NCBI GenBank assembly: GCA_050943435.1
Contig: JBMNPE010000001.1
Coordinates: forward strand, 30,315-94,314
Source of the DNA: Oscillospiraceae bacterium
GTDB lineage: Bacteria > Bacillota > Clostridia > Oscillospirales > Ruminococcaceae
Length of the DNA: 64,000 nucleotides
Direction of reading: 5' to 3'
Shown: one piece after another, positions 19,214-28,015 of the stretch
Position numbering within the stretch: the stretch's first letter is position 1
How the letters are laid out: every line of letters begins with the position of its first letter
Program-made: the position numbers and the translations under genes
Notes under the pieces: model-generated
Database searches by the model: none
What the model was told of the DNA's origin: nothing
The model's input: only the letters and a program-made list of their open reading frames with translations

Positions 19214-20530
19214 ATGGATCAGTACACGCTCGGAATGACCAATGAAATGCAGCCGCTCGCTGACAGGCTGCGCCCGCAGACCCTCGACGAATTCGTGGGC
19301 CAGAAGCAGCTTGTCGGAGAGGGGAAGGTGCTGCGCAGGCTCATCGAGAAGGACCAGATTTCTTCCATGATATTCTGGGGCCCTCCCGGGGTGGGGAAGA
19401 CTACCCTGGCGAGAATAATCGCCAACAGCACCAAGGCCACATTCATAAATTTCTCTGCCGTGACAAGCGGAATAAAAGAGATCCGGAGCGTCATGGAAAA
19501 GGCCGACCAGAACCGCAGGTTCGGCGAGAGGACCATTGTTTTCGTGGATGAAATCCACAGGTTCAACAAGGCGCAGCAGGATGCTTTTCTGCCGTTTGTG
19601 GAAAAGGGCTCGATCATACTGATAGGAGCCACCACGGAGAATCCGTCATTTGAGGTGAACAGCGCTCTGCTGTCGAGGTGCAAGGTCTTTGTGCTCCAGG
19701 CTCTGGAGCCCTCAGACATAGAGATTCTCCTCAAAAGGGCGATCAGCGACCCGAGGGGATTCGGAAACCAGAAAATAGACATGTCCGACGAACTCATCGG
19801 GATCATTGCCAATTTCTCAAACGGGGACGCCAGGACGGCCCTGTCTACGCTTGAAATGGTGATCCTCAACAGCGATACGGACGAGGACGGGACTGTCAGG
19901 GTCAAAAAAGAGACGATAGAGCAGTGCACTTCCAAGAAGTCTCTTCTTTACGACAAGAACGGGGAAGAGCACTACAACCTCATATCAGCACTGCACAAGT
20001 CAATGAGGAATTCGGATCCCGACGCCGCAGTATACTGGCTTGCGAGGATGCTGGAGGCCGGGGAGGACCCGCTGTACATAGCAAGGCGCGTGATAAGATT
20101 TTCTAGCGAGGACGTAGGGCTCGCCGACCCGAGGGCTATGGAGATAGCAGTTGCGGCATATCAGGCGTGCCACTTTATCGGGATGCCCGAATGCAGCGTG
20201 AATCTCACCGAGGCGGTCGTCTACATGGCGATGGCCCCCAAGTCAAACGCAATGGACGTGGCATACATGGAGGCCAGCGCGGACGCCAAGAACCAGCTCG
20301 ACGAGCCAGTGCCTCTGGTCATCAGGAATGCCCCGACAAAGCTCATGGAGGACCTCGACTACGGAAAGGGATACCAGTATGCCCACGACAATCCGGACAA
20401 GCTCACCAGCATGAAATGCCTCCCGGATTCACTCGAGGGAAGGGAATACTACAGGCCCACGGAACAGGGGCTGGAATCGAGGTACAAGGCCAGGCTCGAG
20501 CAGATAAAAAAGTGGAAGAAAGAGCACTGA
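19214..20530 (+). CDS. rarA: Replication-associated recombination protein A (AAA+ ATPase)
   Basis: Walker A GPPGVGKTT, Walker B/sensor VFVDEIHRFNK, MgsA C-terminal domain. Start set at ATG 19214 after GGAGGAAG. Confidence 0.93.
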   Translation: MDQYTLGMTNEMQPLADRLRPQTLDEFVGQKQLVGEGKVLRRLIEKDQISSMIFWGPPGVGKTTLARIIANSTKATFINFSAVTSGIKEIRSVMEKADQNRRFGERTIVFVDEIHRFNKAQQDAFLPFVEKGSIILIGATTENPSFEVNSALLSRCKVFVLQALEPSDIEILLKRAISDPRGFGNQKIDMSDELIGIIANFSNGDARTALSTLEMVILNSDTDEDGTVRVKKETIEQCTSKKSLLYDKNGEEHYNLISALHKSMRNSDPDAAVYWLARMLEAGEDPLYIARRVIRFSSEDVGLADPRAMEIAVAAYQACHFIGMPECSVNLTEAVVYMAMAPKSNAMDVAYMEASADAKNQLDEPVPLVIRNAPTKLMEDLDYGKGYQYAHDNPDKLTSMKCLPDSLEGREYYRPTEQGLESRYKARLEQIKKWKKEH

Positions 20531-20549
20531 AATAATCCGGTGCATATGG

Positions 20550-20582
20550 AAATCCCGGCAGCTTTGGGACTGCCGGGATTTT
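20550..20582. terminator. Bidirectional intrinsic terminator (rarA / Fe-ADH convergent pair)
   Basis: 12-bp stem AAATCCCGGCAG/CTGCCGGGATTT. The A/T-rich ends of the stem supply U-tracts on both strands. Confidence 0.8.
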
Positions 20583-20614
20583 CACATATAGGAGAGAAAA
20601 ATGTGGAAAGCTGA

Positions 20615-21832
20615 TTAGAAGTCGACTTCTGTGTCGTAGTAGCAGGCCTTGAGGAGGTCCTCCATCTCTTTCTGGCTCGGCTGACGCGGATTGGAAGGAG
20701 TGCATGCATCCTTGATTGCGTTGGCAGCGATGTCAGGAAGCCTCTCGAGAAATACGTTCTCAGGAACGAAGCCCTGCTCTGTCGGATAGCTGTCTGCGCC
20801 GTAGTTCTTGATGCAGTGCGGGATGTTCAGCTTGTCGTTCATGCCCCTCAGATACTTGATGAGGTTTGCAACCTTCTCGTTGTCATTGGCTCCGCCGAGT
20901 CCCATGTAGTCGACGATGACGCCGTATCTCTTGAGTGCCTCAGGATTCTTGGCGTTGAATGCTATGACCTTCGGGAGGTACATTGCATTGGCTGCGCCGT
21001 GGATTATGTGTGCACCGTAGTCTGCGAATGCAGCGCCGGTCTTGTGTGCCATGGAGTGAACGATTCCGAGGAGGGCGTTTGAGAAAGCCATTCCGGCGAG
21101 GCACTGTGCGTTATGCATCCTGTCGCGGGCTTCCATGTTTCCGTTGTAGGAATCAATGAGGTCGGCCTTGATCATCTCGATCGCATGGATTGCGAGAGGA
21201 TCTGTGAAGTCGCAGTGAGCTGTGGAAACATAAGCTTCAATTGCATGGGTAAGAGCATCCATACCGGTGTGGGCAACGAGCTTCTTGGGCATTGTCTCTG
21301 CCAGTTCGGGGTCGACGATTGCCACATCAGGAGTGATCTCAAAGTCAGCTATAGGATACTTGATGCCCTTCTTGTAGTCTGTGATGATGGAGAAGGCTGT
21401 GACTTCGGTGGCCGTTCCGGAAGTGGAGGAAACAGCGCAGAAATGGGCTTTCTTCCTGAGCTCGGGGATTCCGAACACCTTGCACATATCCTCGAATGTG
21501 CACTCAGGATGCTCGTACTTGATCCACATTGCCTTTGCAGCGTCGATCGGGGAACCACCGCCGATTGCGACTATCCAGTCAGGCTGGAACTCTTCCATGA
21601 CGGCTGCACCCTTCATGACCGTGTCGACAGAAGGATCTGACTCGATTCCCTCGAACAGCTTGACTTCCATTCCGGCTTCCTTGAGGTAATTCTCGGCCTT
21701 GTCGAGGAATCCGAACCTCTTCATGGAGCCTCCGCCGACGCAGATTATAGCCTTCTTGCCCTTGAGCGTCTTGAGCGCTTCAAGAGAACCTTTTCCGTGA
21801 TAAACATCCCTTGGTAATGTGAACCTTTGCAT
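20615..21832 (-). CDS. Iron-containing alcohol dehydrogenase (AdhE C-terminal-domain-like)
   Basis: 405 aa. GGGS nucleotide-binding motifs (VGGGSMKR, AIGGGSPIDAAK) and metal-binding His cluster (HTGMDALTHAIEAY, HSMAH). Confidence 0.9.
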   Translation of the reverse strand: MQRFTLPRDVYHGKGSLEALKTLKGKKAIICVGGGSMKRFGFLDKAENYLKEAGMEVKLFEGIESDPSVDTVMKGAAVMEEFQPDWIVAIGGGSPIDAAKAMWIKYEHPECTFEDMCKVFGIPELRKKAHFCAVSSTSGTATEVTAFSIITDYKKGIKYPIADFEITPDVAIVDPELAETMPKKLVAHTGMDALTHAIEAYVSTAHCDFTDPLAIHAIEMIKADLIDSYNGNMEARDRMHNAQCLAGMAFSNALLGIVHSMAHKTGAAFADYGAHIIHGAANAMYLPKVIAFNAKNPEALKRYGVIVDYMGLGGANDNEKVANLIKYLRGMNDKLNIPHCIKNYGADSYPTEQGFVPENVFLERLPDIAANAIKDACTPSNPRQPSQKEMEDLLKACYYDTEVDF

Positions 21833-21935
21833 GATAACCCTCCTACAAATATCTCGATAATTTTCTATCGGTTAACGCCTATATAATAAATACTTTTAAA
21901 ACGGAAATCAATACATAATTATCGAAAATAATCAT

Positions 21936-21963
21936 AAAAAAAGAAGTTGAAACAGGTGTTTCA
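21936..21963 (-). terminator. Weak terminator-like hairpin at the cls stop codon
   Basis: The minus strand reads TGAAACACCTGTTTCA, then ACTTC and a T7 run. The stem is only 6 bp. Confidence 0.3.
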
Positions 21964-23538
21964 CATTAGAGGGGAGAGAATCCTCAGGATTGCGCGCTCG
22001 GCGATCACGAGCGGCGCGGCGTCCTTTTTGTATTTGTCCGAGACATTCTCGCACTTATCGAACGTCTCGAGGAAATCCTTCTTGACGTCAAGAACTGCCT
22101 GGCAGTCGTAGAACGCACAGCCGTCCTCAAAGCACTGATAGAGGCTCCTGAAGTCCATGTTGAACGTCCCGCACTCAGCTATGACGTCGTCCGACACGCA
22201 GCACTTCGCGTGAATGAAGCCGGGTGTGTATTCGTACACCTTTATCCCTGCCTCCACGAGGCTGTGGTAATAGGAGCGCGTCACGCGGTAGACAAGGTTC
22301 TTGTCGGGTATCCCCGGGGTTATTATCCTTACGTCCACGCCTCGCTTTGCCGCAAGGGTGAGCGCGTTCTTCATCTCGTCAGAAATGACCAGGTACGGCG
22401 TCATGAAGTAGACGTAGTTGACTGAGGAGTCAATGATCTGGATGTAAAGGTTTTCCGAAACCTGCTCATTGTCTATGGGGCTGTCGACGAAGGGCTGCAC
22501 AAACATGCCTTCGGAAGAATCATCCCCGCTCACGGGCGGGAAATAGAAGTCGTACGGGCGGCTCTCCACCTGCTTTCCGCGGACCCTGACTCCGTCCCAC
22601 ATCTCGAGGAAGGATGCAGTGAAGTTCTGGGCCGCCCTGCCGCGGATCCTGACACCGGTGTCCTTCCAGTGCCCGTATGGATGCACTATGTTGAAATACC
22701 TGTCCGCCAGGTTGTATCCGCCCGTATATGCTACCTTTCCGTCGATCACCATGATCTTGCGGTGGTCTCTGTAATTGAGGAACCAGTTGAAGAAAGGAGT
22801 GAACGGGTTGTATACGCGGCACTGTATCCCGTAGGATTTCATCTTCTTTATGAACCTGGTGTTTATAAAGCTGATGCTGCCGACGTCATCGTAGAGAATC
22901 CTCACCTCTACGCCTTCTTCCACTTTTTTCTTGAGCACTGCCAGCACCCTTGAGAACGCATTGGCATCCTCAATGGCGAAGTACTCCATGAATATGTACT
23001 TCTTTGCCTTCTTGAGCTCTTCTATCTGGTCGAGGAGGGCCGTGGAGGCAGCGCTGAAGTATGTAGTTTCGGAATCGTCATGCAGCGGATACCCGGAGTA
23101 TCTGCTGAGGTAGCTGGATATCATTCCCAGGCGGGAGTTCTTCTCATGAAGTCTGTTTTTCTCGGCGGTATCGTCCGGAAGATACGGCTTCAGTTCGGAC
23201 TCGAGCTTTTCGTAGCGGCGGCGCATGCGCTTTGCCGAGGACGTGAGCCCGAGCACTATATAGAGAGCAGTCCCTGTGAGCGGCATGACCGCGATGAGGA
23301 CGATCCAGGGTATTTTCATCTCCGAATTCTTGTTCTGCCCGTATATAGCTATGGCCAGCACCACTGCCGCGATCCTGAGGATGAGGTTCACGTACTCGAA
23401 ATAGGCATTGAGCCCTAGAAGCAGCGAGACCATGAACCATCCCTCGAGGACGAGCACGGCCGCAACTATAACAAGCCTGACGATGCCGTTGCGGAACAGC
23501 AGGCTGCGGTTGACTATCCTGTTTTTAGCCTTCTTCAT
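21961..23538 (-). CDS. cls: Cardiolipin synthase
   Basis: 525 aa with N-terminal TMs and two HKD motifs (HRKIMVIDGKVAYTGG and HAKCCVSDD). Confidence 0.92.
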   Translation of the reverse strand: MKKAKNRIVNRSLLFRNGIVRLVIVAAVLVLEGWFMVSLLLGLNAYFEYVNLILRIAAVVLAIAIYGQNKNSEMKIPWIVLIAVMPLTGTALYIVLGLTSSAKRMRRRYEKLESELKPYLPDDTAEKNRLHEKNSRLGMISSYLSRYSGYPLHDDSETTYFSAASTALLDQIEELKKAKKYIFMEYFAIEDANAFSRVLAVLKKKVEEGVEVRILYDDVGSISFINTRFIKKMKSYGIQCRVYNPFTPFFNWFLNYRDHRKIMVIDGKVAYTGGYNLADRYFNIVHPYGHWKDTGVRIRGRAAQNFTASFLEMWDGVRVRGKQVESRPYDFYFPPVSGDDSSEGMFVQPFVDSPIDNEQVSENLYIQIIDSSVNYVYFMTPYLVISDEMKNALTLAAKRGVDVRIITPGIPDKNLVYRVTRSYYHSLVEAGIKVYEYTPGFIHAKCCVSDDVIAECGTFNMDFRSLYQCFEDGCAFYDCQAVLDVKKDFLETFDKCENVSDKYKKDAAPLVIAERAILRILSPLM

Positions 23539-24038
23539 TCTCCTGAAACCGGCTTTCTGGTCCTGAGCCAGTACTCTCCCATGGAGGAGCCGGGGACTTC
23601 AGTGACGTCATCCCTCAGATAATCCCCGAGTCCGTGGGCAGAGGGGTCCCATTCCCGGGCTTCTTTCTCCGTGCCGAATTCTATTTCGGCGTACCAGAAC
23701 TCTGTCGGCATGCCCTCATCCACATGGTTTACCTCGAGCTTCATCCCGTCGGGAGTGAGGTACACCCTGCGTATCTTGCCTATGAGCGGGAGGCCGATCA
23801 GGTCCTCTATCTCGGAAAATTTCCCCTGGCTTATCTCTATCTCGATCTCTTTCCTCACAAGGCCTCTGCCGGATTTGAGGCACAGTATGTATTTCGGAGG
23901 CTTCCCGGATGGCTTTTCCTCCCTTATCCTGACTGTCGGCCTCACAGTTACATAGCCCTGCTTCATCTCATATTCGCCTATGAGAGGCACAGTGTCATCC
24001 GGCCATCCGTGGACCATCCATTTTCTCTCAATCTCCAT
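23535..24038 (-). CDS. CYTH-domain protein (triphosphate tunnel metalloenzyme)
   Basis: 167 aa beginning MEIERKWMV (ExExK motif). The stop overlaps the cls start by 4 nt. Confidence 0.85.
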   Translation of the reverse strand: MEIERKWMVHGWPDDTVPLIGEYEMKQGYVTVRPTVRIREEKPSGKPPKYILCLKSGRGLVRKEIEIEISQGKFSEIEDLIGLPLIGKIRRVYLTPDGMKLEVNHVDEGMPTEFWYAEIEFGTEKEAREWDPSAHGLGDYLRDDVTEVPGSSMGEYWLRTRKPVSGE

Positions 24039-24045
24039 AGGCAGT

Positions 24046-24816
24046 TCAGCTTTCAGATTCTATCTTTTCCGCAGTCAGCAGTGCAAGCCTGTAGAAAACC
24101 CTGCACGGATCCTCTTCGGCTGTGCCGAGAATCCTGCGCTGCCAGTTCTCCCCTTCGAGGGAATCGGCGCTGTAGAGGAACTGGTAGAGCTGCATCCCCC
24201 TGAAGTCGCATGCGGCTTGGAGAGCGCTGCATTCCATGTCCACGCACAGGCAGCCTTCCGACATCCTCCTGTCGCGGAGGCCTGCAGTCTCCCTGTATAT
24301 GCTGTCAGTGGTCCATGTCGCGCCGCAGGCATATCCTATGCCTTCCTCGTCAAACAGCTTCCTCATGAACCCTGCGTTCTTAACCTCGATGTAGTCAGAC
24401 GGGGGAGCATAGTGGAAGCTCGTCCCCTCGTCTCTGTATGCGCGGTCCGGAATAATGCATTTTCCTGGCTCGAGGGAGCCGAGGACCCCGCACGACCCGA
24501 AGACCACAGCGTTCTTTATTCCATATATGCCTCTATCCTCCTCGAGGATGCATACCGCGGCAGGCGCCCCCACAGGGATTCTGCTCACCCCAATGTCTGT
24601 CCCGGCAGCAAGATACATCGGATACGGGTCGCCGCACATCTTTGGGAAGACCCTGCTGTCGGCCTTTGTGATGCTGCCGTTTTTCTCAAGCTCCTCAATG
24701 AGGGGCTTTGAGAAGGTATATACGCAGGTATTGACTCTCACGCCTGAAGGCGTGTACAGGTTTTCCGGGTCTATTAAGGCGGGGGTCTTTATGTCGAAAG
24801 AATCAAGGATGCTCAT
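24046..24816 (-). CDS. Nucleoside phosphorylase-family protein (PNP/UDP type 1)
   Basis: 256 aa with the active-site-region motif CVDMECSAL and a GSCG block. 7 nt upstream of the CYTH gene. Confidence 0.8.
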   Translation of the reverse strand: MSILDSFDIKTPALIDPENLYTPSGVRVNTCVYTFSKPLIEELEKNGSITKADSRVFPKMCGDPYPMYLAAGTDIGVSRIPVGAPAAVCILEEDRGIYGIKNAVVFGSCGVLGSLEPGKCIIPDRAYRDEGTSFHYAPPSDYIEVKNAGFMRKLFDEEGIGYACGATWTTDSIYRETAGLRDRRMSEGCLCVDMECSALQAACDFRGMQLYQFLYSADSLEGENWQRRILGTAEEDPCRVFYRLALLTAEKIESES

Positions 24817-25712
24817 ATGGTTTCCTCCAGTTTGCCTTTTTCAGAGACCTGAGCGCTGCCTCCCAGTGAGGAAGGGCCGGCAGTGCCGTCATCATGAGGA
24901 GCGTCTTCATCGTCTGCGGGCTTGAGCATCAGCTTCGGGGCAATGGATTTCGGGCTGTGGTTCTTCTCATATAAGTACCCTATGATGCTGAATGTGACTG
25001 CACCAACGAGATTCACGAACAGGTCCTTCATGGTGTCCAGGATCCCTATGTCGAGGTATCCCCCGTCGATTGTCACCTCACCGCCGGCCGTGTAGATCAC
25101 TGTCTTCTCTATGTCCAGAACCTGGAGGGGCTTGTCGGACCCCAGCAGGGATGACGCGAACTGCTGGACTATCTGGTCCTTCTGCATATCGTGCAGGAAG
25201 AAGATGTCCATGGCGCACTCAAAGAATTCCCAGAGCACTCCAATCGTCATGGAGAAGCAGAAGGCGACCATCGTGAGATAGAACGGGGAGAGGGTTATCT
25301 TTTTGACCTTCCTGTTTAAGAGGTCTATCGTTGAGAAGCCGACCGCCGCGAAAAGGAATCCAGAGATCGTATGCATGATGGTGTCCCAGCCCTTGACGTT
25401 CACATAGTAGTGGTTGACTTCTCCGAGGATCTCCGTCGCGACTATGAAGCAGTAGATGATTATCTGGAACAGCTGAGGGACCTCTATGTTGAACTTCTCC
25501 TCGACAAATGCCGGAATGAGGAGAAGGAGAAGGCTCAGCACGCATGTGAAGGCGTTCTCGTAGTTTCCCATGAGGATGCTCCTCACAAGGACGAAGATTA
25601 TGAATGCCCTCAGAATGACAAAGACCCTGAAGGCCCTGCGGTTCTCCTTCACCCTCGCTATGAGCCTGCTTACAAGCCCGCTGCCCTTGGACTTTTTCTC
25701 TTTCTCTTTCAT
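24813..25712 (-). CDS. Hypothetical polytopic membrane protein
   Basis: 299 aa with about 6 TMs and an acidic/Gly-rich C-terminal tail. Its stop overlaps the downstream start by 4 nt (operon head). Confidence 0.6.
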   Translation of the reverse strand: MKEKEKKSKGSGLVSRLIARVKENRRAFRVFVILRAFIIFVLVRSILMGNYENAFTCVLSLLLLLIPAFVEEKFNIEVPQLFQIIIYCFIVATEILGEVNHYYVNVKGWDTIMHTISGFLFAAVGFSTIDLLNRKVKKITLSPFYLTMVAFCFSMTIGVLWEFFECAMDIFFLHDMQKDQIVQQFASSLLGSDKPLQVLDIEKTVIYTAGGEVTIDGGYLDIGILDTMKDLFVNLVGAVTFSIIGYLYEKNHSPKSIAPKLMLKPADDEDAPHDDGTAGPSSLGGSAQVSEKGKLEETI

Positions 25713-25725
25713 TCTGCCTCTGCCT

Positions 25726-26289
25726 CTATATGCCTAAGATCACCATCGCCCCTATCACTATCATGAGGGCGGGCACAATATATCTGGAATTCCTTGAGAG
25801 GAATTCGTTAAGCCTGCGGATGGACGATATCCTGTATGCGGCGATTCCCCACAGGACTGTGAACAGGAGAAACACCGCGCAGGAGACCGCTGTCTCAACC
25901 GCCGAGAACTGAGTGAACATCGGAATGTACACCCCTATGTTGTCAAAGCCGTTCATGATGAGCGTCATCGCAGCCCCGGGGAAAGTGTAGGCCGCTGCTC
26001 CTGCCTCCCTGCCTTCATCATCGTCTTTTTTGTGGGAGAAGATCATGCCTATTCCTATGCCTATTGGAATGAGCCCGATCCACCTCGTGATGCTCTCGGG
26101 AAGGAGCTTTGCCCCGAAAGCCCCGGCGGCGCTAATGGCCAGAATCACTGCCATCCCAAGAAGCTGGCCTGCGGCCACAGGAAGCCTCCGCTTTTTTCCG
26201 GCACCGGCGAACAATATGACAAATACTGCAAGGTCGTCGATGCTGGTGCTGATGAATGCTATGAAGGTTTTGGCTATCACTTCCAGCAT
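25726..26289 (-). CDS. CadD-family cadmium-resistance-type transporter
   Basis: 187 aa, 5-TM profile, N-terminus MLEVIAKTFIAFISTSIDDLAVFVILFAG typical of the CadD family. No obvious SD sequence. Confidence 0.7.
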   Translation of the reverse strand: MLEVIAKTFIAFISTSIDDLAVFVILFAGAGKKRRLPVAAGQLLGMAVILAISAAGAFGAKLLPESITRWIGLIPIGIGIGMIFSHKKDDDEGREAGAAAYTFPGAAMTLIMNGFDNIGVYIPMFTQFSAVETAVSCAVFLLFTVLWGIAAYRISSIRRLNEFLSRNSRYIVPALMIVIGAMVILGI

Positions 26290-26336
26290 AATAATGTAAT
26301 AATAGCAGAATGCGGGGAAAATTCACCCTCGGCATG

Positions 26337-26366
26337 AAAAAAGCACGCCTGAGGCGTGCTTTTTTT
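26337..26366. terminator. Symmetric terminator-like hairpin with no upstream gene on either strand
   Basis: AAAAAAGCACGCC-TGA-GGCGTGCTTTTTTT: an 8-9 bp GC-rich stem flanked by an A6 run and a T7 run. Lies 48 nt upstream of the cadD start. Confidence 0.5.
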
Positions 26367-26583
26367 AGAGATCAAAAATGAATTTTTTCAGCTTCTAATC
26401 CTACAGTATATCACCGAATCCGGAAAACGGAAGTGGGACTTGGAATTATTCATTTACTCTGACAGAAAAGGGTCCGCAGGCGCTCTTAAATTCGTAGGTT
26501 TATGCGATTTATATGAAATTTGCAAAATGTTAATATTTCTTTATAAGACAGCAGCCATTCAATAATCTGAGGAGGTTAATGAA

Positions 26584-27933
26584 ATGCTGGAAAAGATCTT
26601 CAAGCTGAAGGAGCACAACACCACTGTAAAGACGGAGCTGCTCGCGGGGCTCACCACTTTCCTCGCGATGGCGTACATTCTTGCAGTCAACCCGAACACG
26701 CTGGGAGTAGTCATGGATAAGCACGGCGTGTTCATGGCAACGGCCATTGCATCCGCCATAGCCACGTTCGTAATGGCGTTCCTGGCAAACTACCCGATAG
26801 CCCTCTCCGCAGGGCTCGGACTGAATGCGTACTTCGCATACACAGTCTGCCTGGGCGAACTCAAGGATGAGCAGGATCCGTTCAAGATCTGCCTCACCGC
26901 GGTTCTTGTAGAAGGAATCATATTCATCATCCTCTCCGCCTTTAAATTCCGCGAGAAGATCATCAACGGCATACCGATGAACCTCAAATACGGAATCTCC
27001 GCAGGCATCGGCCTGTTTATAGCCTTCATAGGGCTGCAGAGCGTCGACATTGTTGTCACCAACGAGGCAACCCTTGTCGGACTCGGGGATTTCAGCTCTG
27101 CAGAAGTGATCCTCTGCTTCATCGGACTTATCATCATCGTCGTCCTGAGCCACTACAAGGTCCGTGCTGCCGTGCTGATCGGCATGCTCGCAACCTGGCT
27201 GCTCGCCATGGGAGCACAGGGGCTCGGATGGTACACTGCCTCCAACTGCTTCCCGGATTTCTCAGAAGGCCTGCATTTTGACGGACTTGCCAAGACCGCC
27301 TTCCAGTTCAACTTTGCCTGGGCAGGCAAGCACATCATACAGTTCATAGCCATAACATTCAGCTTCCTGTTCGTCGACCTGTTTGACACTGTAGGAACCG
27401 TTGTCGGGGTCGCAGACAAGGCCGGACTCCTGGACAAGGACGGAAATCTCCCGCGCGCAGGAAAAGTCCTCATGTCAGACGCAATCGGCACGGTCTCCGG
27501 AGCCTGCCTCGGAACTTCCACAATCACGAGCTTCGTGGAATCCAGCGCCGGTGTTGCAGTAGGAGGAAGGACCGGACTCACGGCCCTCACTACCGGGGTT
27601 CTGTTCCTGGCTTCACTCGTGCTCAGCCCGGTATTCATTGCCATACCGCCCTGCGCCACCGCGCCTGCTCTTCTCTATGTCGGAATGCTGATGGTCAGCA
27701 GCGTCAAGAACATCAAATTCGACGGAGACATGGCTGACACATTCGGAGCCTATATGGCCATGATGATGATGCCCCTCACGTATTCGATAGCAAACGGCAT
27801 CATGTTCGGCATCGTGAGCTGGGTCATAGTCAAGGTGCTCGAGAAGAAGGCAAGGGACGTAAGCCCGACAATGTGGGTAGTATTTGCCCTGTTTGCCCTG
27901 AGGATCATATCTCTGATTGCTCACTTTGGGTGA
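26584..27933 (+). CDS. NCS2/AzgA-family purine (guanine/hypoxanthine-type) permease
   Basis: 449 aa. N-terminal motif TELLAGLTTFLAMAYILAVNP. RBS GAGGAGG 7 nt upstream. Candidate promoter TTGCAA-N16-TATAAG at about 26520-26547. Confidence 0.88.
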   Translation: MLEKIFKLKEHNTTVKTELLAGLTTFLAMAYILAVNPNTLGVVMDKHGVFMATAIASAIATFVMAFLANYPIALSAGLGLNAYFAYTVCLGELKDEQDPFKICLTAVLVEGIIFIILSAFKFREKIINGIPMNLKYGISAGIGLFIAFIGLQSVDIVVTNEATLVGLGDFSSAEVILCFIGLIIIVVLSHYKVRAAVLIGMLATWLLAMGAQGLGWYTASNCFPDFSEGLHFDGLAKTAFQFNFAWAGKHIIQFIAITFSFLFVDLFDTVGTVVGVADKAGLLDKDGNLPRAGKVLMSDAIGTVSGACLGTSTITSFVESSAGVAVGGRTGLTALTTGVLFLASLVLSPVFIAIPPCATAPALLYVGMLMVSSVKNIKFDGDMADTFGAYMAMMMMPLTYSIANGIMFGIVSWVIVKVLEKKARDVSPTMWVVFALFALRIISLIAHFG

Positions 27934-27956
27934 TTTAAGCCTGAGACAGAAAGCAG

Positions 27957-27990
27957 CGGCCTCTCCAATTTGCGGAGAGGCCGTATTTCT
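27957..27990. terminator. Intrinsic terminator between the NCS2 gene (+) and the ABC exporter gene (-)
   Basis: 10-bp stem CGGCCTCTCC/GGAGAGGCCG with a 7-nt loop, followed by TATTTCT. Confidence 0.65.
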
Positions 27991-28015
27991 GTCCATATCA
28001 GCATACTTAAGGGGT

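Noticed and set aside
23535-24816. PNP-fold plus CYTH pair as a nucleotide-signalling anti-phage system
   Set aside because: Both are small single-domain proteins with housekeeping-type motifs, co-translated with cardiolipin synthase. There is no sensor, nuclease, TIR/SIR2, transmembrane effector fusion or mobile-element context. It is retained only as a low-interest linkage.
26367-26583. Purine (guanine/adenine) riboswitch upstream of the NCS2 purine permease
   Set aside because: I looked on the plus strand for the conserved purine-riboswitch core strings (UAUAAU...GGAUAUGG...GUUUCUACC...CCGUAAAU) and found none. A plausible promoter sits only ~35 nt before the RBS. A covariance-model scan would be needed to exclude other classes.
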